From: an uncultured Candidatus Saccharibacteria bacterium
GTDB lineage: Bacteria; Patescibacteriota; Saccharimonadia; Saccharimonadales; Saccharimonadaceae
Assembly (NCBI GenBank): GCA_963532505.1
Contig: CAUSLX010000001.1
Span: forward strand, 1 to 37,314
Direction: 5' to 3'
Length of the DNA stretch: 37,314 nt
Positions 33,799-37,314 of this stretch are shown here, in pieces (within the stretch, counting starts at the first letter, position 1; the number at the start of each line of letters is the position of its first letter). Position numbers and translations under genes: made by a program. Under the pieces are notes generated by a model, which was given only the letters and a program-made list of their open reading frames with translations, was not told the DNA's origin and made no database searches.

Positions 33799-34188
33799 TT
33801 ATGCCCTCCTTGCCTTTCGTGGACGAACACCACCGTGAGGCACGCCAGTTACGTCCTTAATGCTTTCTACTGAGATGTCGAAGGCGCTGACCGCACGAAT
33901 AGCGGCATCACGTCCTAAACCGACACCTTTCACGAAAACGTCAACAGACTTCAAGCCGTATTGAGATTTCGCAGCTTCAGCAGCTTTTTCAGCAGCAACC
34001 TGTGAAGCATAGGCTGTACCTTTTTTGCTTCCACGGAAACCACACGCACCAGCTGATGAAGCGGTTAGTACGTTACCCTTCTTGTCGGAAAAAGTAACGA
34101 TAGTATTGTTAAATGTTGCCTGAATGTGCAGCTGACCAGCTGGGACTGATCGGCGCTGCTTCTTCTTGGTAGATTTTGCGTCTGCCAT
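33799..34188 (-). CDS. rpsK: 30S ribosomal protein S11
   Basis: ATFNNTIVT, GFRGSKK, DVTGVPHGG.RP. Confidence 0.99.
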   Translation of the reverse strand: MADAKSTKKKQRRSVPAGQLHIQATFNNTIVTFSDKKGNVLTASSAGACGFRGSKKGTAYASQVAAEKAAEAAKSQYGLKSVDVFVKGVGLGRDAAIRAVSAFDISVESIKDVTGVPHGGVRPRKARRA

Positions 34189-34203
34189 TTCTTAGTCCTT
34201 TCT

Positions 34204-34590
34204 TTAGGTCTTACTTGCTGCTTTTGGTTGTGTACCGCCCACGGCGATGGCGCGACCCTTGCGAGTTCGTGCATTCGTACGAGTCCGCTGTCCGCGTGTT
34301 GGCAGTCCTGCTTTGTGGCGAAGACCGCGATAGGCGTTGATATCCTTCAAGCGCTTAATATTGTTTGTCACCAAGCGCTGGAGATCACCTTCAACGGTGT
34401 ATTCGCTGTCAATAATTTCGCGAATCTTGTTTTCTTCAGCCTCGGTGAGATCTTTCACCCGAGTGGTCGGCTCAATTTTAGCCGCCGCAAGGATGCTCGA
34501 AGCGTGCTTTGGCCCAATACCGTAAATATAGGTGAGCGCAATTTGCACCTGCTTCTCTGTTGGGATAACTACCCCAGCAATTCGAGCCAT
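34204..34590 (-). CDS. rpsM: 30S ribosomal protein S13
   Basis: [38 protein letters not shown]. Confidence 0.99.
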   Translation of the reverse strand: MARIAGVVIPTEKQVQIALTYIYGIGPKHASSILAAAKIEPTTRVKDLTEAEENKIREIIDSEYTVEGDLQRLVTNNIKRLKDINAYRGLRHKAGLPTRGQRTRTNARTRKGRAIAVGGTQPKAASKT

Positions 34591-34592
34591 GC

Positions 34593-34709
34593 TTAACCCT
34601 GCCTTTGCTTATTCTTAGGTTCTTTCTTGTTGATGATACATAGTCGGCCTTTGCGGCGAACCACCTGATCATCGGGCTTGATTTTTTTCACACTTGCACG
34701 AACTTTCAT
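34593..34709 (-). CDS. rpmJ: 50S ribosomal protein L36 (Zn-free type)
   Basis: Not in the ORF track. Manual translation: [38 protein letters not shown]. Confidence 0.96.
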   Translation of the reverse strand: MKVRASVKKIKPDDQVVRRKGRLCIINKKEPKNKQRQG

Positions 34710-34763
34710 AAAGTGCTTAAATCTCCCTTCCCGAGTAAACCCGAGATTATCGTTGATATTTAA

Positions 34764-35006
34764 CTACCGACCCTGAGGTCGATCGTCACGTAGGCGGAAG
34801 CTGATTCGTCCCTTTGTAAGATCGTAAGGGGTCATCTCAACTTCAACCTTATCACCAGGCACCAGACGGATATAATGCTTGCGCATTCGTCCTGAAATGT
34901 GCGCGATGATACTATGGCCATTCTCCAGTTCCACCTTAAATTGAGTATTAGGCAGTGCTTCCACTACCTTTCCTACCATTTTGATGACTTCCTTTTGACT
35001 CGCCAT
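34764..35006 (-). CDS. infA: Translation initiation factor IF-1
   Basis: EALPN..F.VELENG...AHISGRMR...I....[16 protein letters not shown]. Confidence 0.99.
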   Translation of the reverse strand: MASQKEVIKMVGKVVEALPNTQFKVELENGHSIIAHISGRMRKHYIRLVPGDKVEVEMTPYDLTKGRISFRLRDDRPQGR

Positions 35007-35111
35007 AAGTTACAGTTGTCAATTATACAGTACTAAGCACAGTTTGACAAGGGTTTTCGCCGTAAATTTAAGTGCTATAATTGTGCTATCAAATTTAACA
35101 TAAGGATTTTT

Positions 35112-35687
35112 ATGGCAAGCAAGAAAAAACCAACAAACTTTAAAGTTACAAAATCGAAGAATGAGATAATGACCGCGGTGCTAATCGGTCTGGTGACGGC
35201 TTTGATAGTGATAGTTATTGGTGTAATTTTATTACACGCAAACCAAACTTCCGACAAGACGTTTCAAACAGTCGAAAATGTTGACGGTGGATCCGTGAAC
35301 TTGGGCTCTCTAGGCTTCCGAATTGAAGGAGATAAATTAGTTATTCGCAACGATTCAGCCACACAAGAGATTCGCTATTTTCTGAAGACAGAAACTAAAA
35401 AATCAGGCTGCAAGGATAACAACAGCGTAACTGTGGTAATTGCCCATTCCCAAGATGAGAAACAGTTGTTGTTAGGCTATGGTTGCGGCAATTCTGCGGC
35501 ACGAATGTTTGCAATTAAGAAAGACGATGGATGGAAAGTGATTTCCCCAACCAACCAATTTAACCTATTTGAAATTCCGAGCTGCAAGATGGTTGATGAA
35601 AATAACATTAGTAATCAAATTGCGCCAGTCTGTCAAAATGAGAAAAAAGTTGGCGACAATTTATCTTACGATTACAAAATACGATAA
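35112..35687 (+). CDS. Hypothetical membrane-anchored surface protein
   Basis: Basic N-terminus, one TM, extracytoplasmic domain with 4 Cys; TAAGGA RBS and upstream TGcTATAAT. Confidence 0.8.
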   Translation: MASKKKPTNFKVTKSKNEIMTAVLIGLVTALIVIVIGVILLHANQTSDKTFQTVENVDGGSVNLGSLGFRIEGDKLVIRNDSATQEIRYFLKTETKKSGCKDNNSVTVVIAHSQDEKQLLLGYGCGNSAARMFAIKKDDGWKVISPTNQFNLFEIPSCKMVDENNISNQIAPVCQNEKKVGDNLSYDYKIR

Positions 35688-35702
35688 TCCATTCACAAAA
35701 AG

Positions 35703-35730
35703 AATTCCCCGCTTTTCGGCGGGGATTTTT
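35703..35730. terminator. Bidirectional terminator between 35112-35687 and secY
   Basis: AATTCCCCGC-TTTTCG-GCGGGGATTTTT. Confidence 0.85.
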
Positions 35731-35738
35731 AATGTCAA

Positions 35739-37214
35739 TTATTTTTTCCTAAACAAACGACGCTTTTTACTCTTCTTTTTGTTGCTATCAAGCAGCTCGT
35801 CTGGATCAAAGTCATCATATGTAACCATCAGCGCACGAGAGTTGACTTGTCGCAGAGTTTCAAGGGCAACTGATACGATAATCAAGATTCCAGTACCGCC
35901 GATTGACAAACGCAAACCTTGCAAGCCTGTCAAATTGTACGTGAGATATTCCGCAACGAATGGCAAAATAGCCACGATTCCTAGGACAATTGAGCCGAAC
36001 AAAATCAAGCGATTAACGGTTCTCATGAGGTATTTTTCAGTCTGAGCGCCCGGACGTACGCCTTCAATAAATCCGCCTTGCTTCTGCAAATTTTCGGCAA
36101 TTTCATTAGCGTTAAAGACGATTCCAGTGTAGAAATATGTAAAGGCGATAACCAAGATAAAGTATAGCGTTGGGTAAATAAACGCTTCAGCGGTGCTTCC
36201 TGTAAACGAACCTGCGTTTGGAGCTTGGAACCAAGTGATCAATTTGTTGGCGGTCGGTAGAAGATTAGCGTTACCAGACGCCTTCATAACTTGACCAACG
36301 AATTGCGGCAAGCTCAGGAATGCAACCGCAAATATGACCGGAATAACTCCCGCTGCAATCAATTTAACTGGCAAAATGCTTTTTACATCGCCGTAATTAC
36401 TGTTTCCGTGAACACGCTTTGCATAGTTAATCGTGATAACTCGCTGAGCTTCGTTGATTTTAACCAGGAAGTAAAGGACGATAAGTCCGGCGATTGACAT
36501 GATTAATATCGTCCAGAACATAACTGGGTTTACAGGGAGAGTGAACCAGTTGAAGACGTTTAAGCTGCCAGATGAGGTGTTGAACAATGATGAGATTAAT
36601 GACGCAAGCATTTGCGGCAATTGGCTGATGATACCAGCGAAGATTACGATAGAAATACCGTTGCCGATTCCCTGCTCAGTAATCAACTCACCGAGCCACA
36701 TCAGAAGAACAGAGCCCGCTGTCATTGAAGTGATTGAAACGATCCATTCCATCATTGTAGGGTCGGCCAATGTCGTACTGCCGCCTTGAAGAACTGTTTG
36801 TCTCAAGATGAAGATGAAAGCGATTGACTGGACAATAGCAAGTGGCACAGTAATAACACGTGTCCATTGCTGAATTTTTCGGCGTCCAGATTCACCATCT
36901 TTGTGTAGCTCCTCAAGCTTTGGAATAGCTTTGGTCAGAAGTTGAATAATAATACTAGCGGTAATAAATGGACTAAGTCCAACCAACACTAGAGAGAAGC
37001 TCGACAACGCGCCACCAGATAGCAAGTTCAAAATTCCACCAAGGTCAGATTGTCCAAGTACCGACGAAATCGCGTTACGCAGCTGCGTTGGTTCCGCCAA
37101 TGGCACTGGAATGTGCGCCAATAATCGATAAACAACGATTATTCCCACGACAATAAATAGTCGTTTTTGCATATCTTTATTTTTCAGCGAGCGAAAAATT
37201 ATTCTCCAATTCAT
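35739..37214 (-). CDS. secY: Preprotein translocase SecY
   Basis: YRL.AHIPVP, GLSPFITASII.QLL, WLGELITEQGIGNG.S, AGVIPVIFA, IEGVRPG, GGTGILI.V.V. Confidence 0.99.
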   Translation of the reverse strand: MNWRIIFRSLKNKDMQKRLFIVVGIIVVYRLLAHIPVPLAEPTQLRNAISSVLGQSDLGGILNLLSGGALSSFSLVLVGLSPFITASIIIQLLTKAIPKLEELHKDGESGRRKIQQWTRVITVPLAIVQSIAFIFILRQTVLQGGSTTLADPTMMEWIVSITSMTAGSVLLMWLGELITEQGIGNGISIVIFAGIISQLPQMLASLISSLFNTSSGSLNVFNWFTLPVNPVMFWTILIMSIAGLIVLYFLVKINEAQRVITINYAKRVHGNSNYGDVKSILPVKLIAAGVIPVIFAVAFLSLPQFVGQVMKASGNANLLPTANKLITWFQAPNAGSFTGSTAEAFIYPTLYFILVIAFTYFYTGIVFNANEIAENLQKQGGFIEGVRPGAQTEKYLMRTVNRLILFGSIVLGIVAILPFVAEYLTYNLTGLQGLRLSIGGTGILIIVSVALETLRQVNSRALMVTYDDFDPDELLDSNKKKSKKRRLFRKK

Positions 37215-37314
37215 GTTTTAGCCCCTCATAGTCACTAACAATTCTTAACTCTGTTAATTATACATTACCTTAGCGGATATTTCCATACTAAAAACATAAA
37301 AGCGTATGCGTTAT

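Noticed and set aside
1..37314. CRISPR arrays, rRNA, IS elements, prophage genes
   Set aside because: No regularly spaced repeats, rRNA-like sequence, transposase or phage structural genes seen.

Overview
Core chromosomal region of a small-genome bacterium using code 11. Gene content and the divergent ribosomal proteins suggest Saccharibacteria (TM7, Patescibacteria/CPR); this is an inference. Most genes are on the minus strand. In transcription order these are: secY; infA-rpmJ-rpsM-rpsK-rpsD-rpoA-rplQ-rplM-rpsI; an accessory block (alpha/beta hydrolase, CYTH, GrpB, HAM1-like, hypotheticals); racemase-trpS-rluD-holB-TPR; tRNA-Thr/Tyr/Thr; rpmG; tRNA-Trp; secE-nusG-rplK; rplA; rplJ-rplL; dnaX-dnaB. 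Plus-strand inserts are eno, a GT4/GH57 alpha-glucan pair and a two-gene restriction-modification-like system. Most notable observations: (1) an unannotated leaderless 25-aa leader peptide with one Trp codon, inside a complete 1:2/2:3/3:4 attenuator upstream of an amino-acid racemase-trpS unit; (2) a 1435-aa GIY-YIG-like nuclease/SF2 helicase/MTase fusion with a candidate internal start just before NPPY, coupled to a separate half-methyltransferase lacking NPPY; (3) about ten apparently leaderless promoters; (4) L10 and L1 autoregulatory RNA leaders; (5) an L1 protein with a ~105-aa N-terminal extension, and loss of Zn ligands in several proteins. All calls come from reading the sequence; no database searches or folding programs were run.
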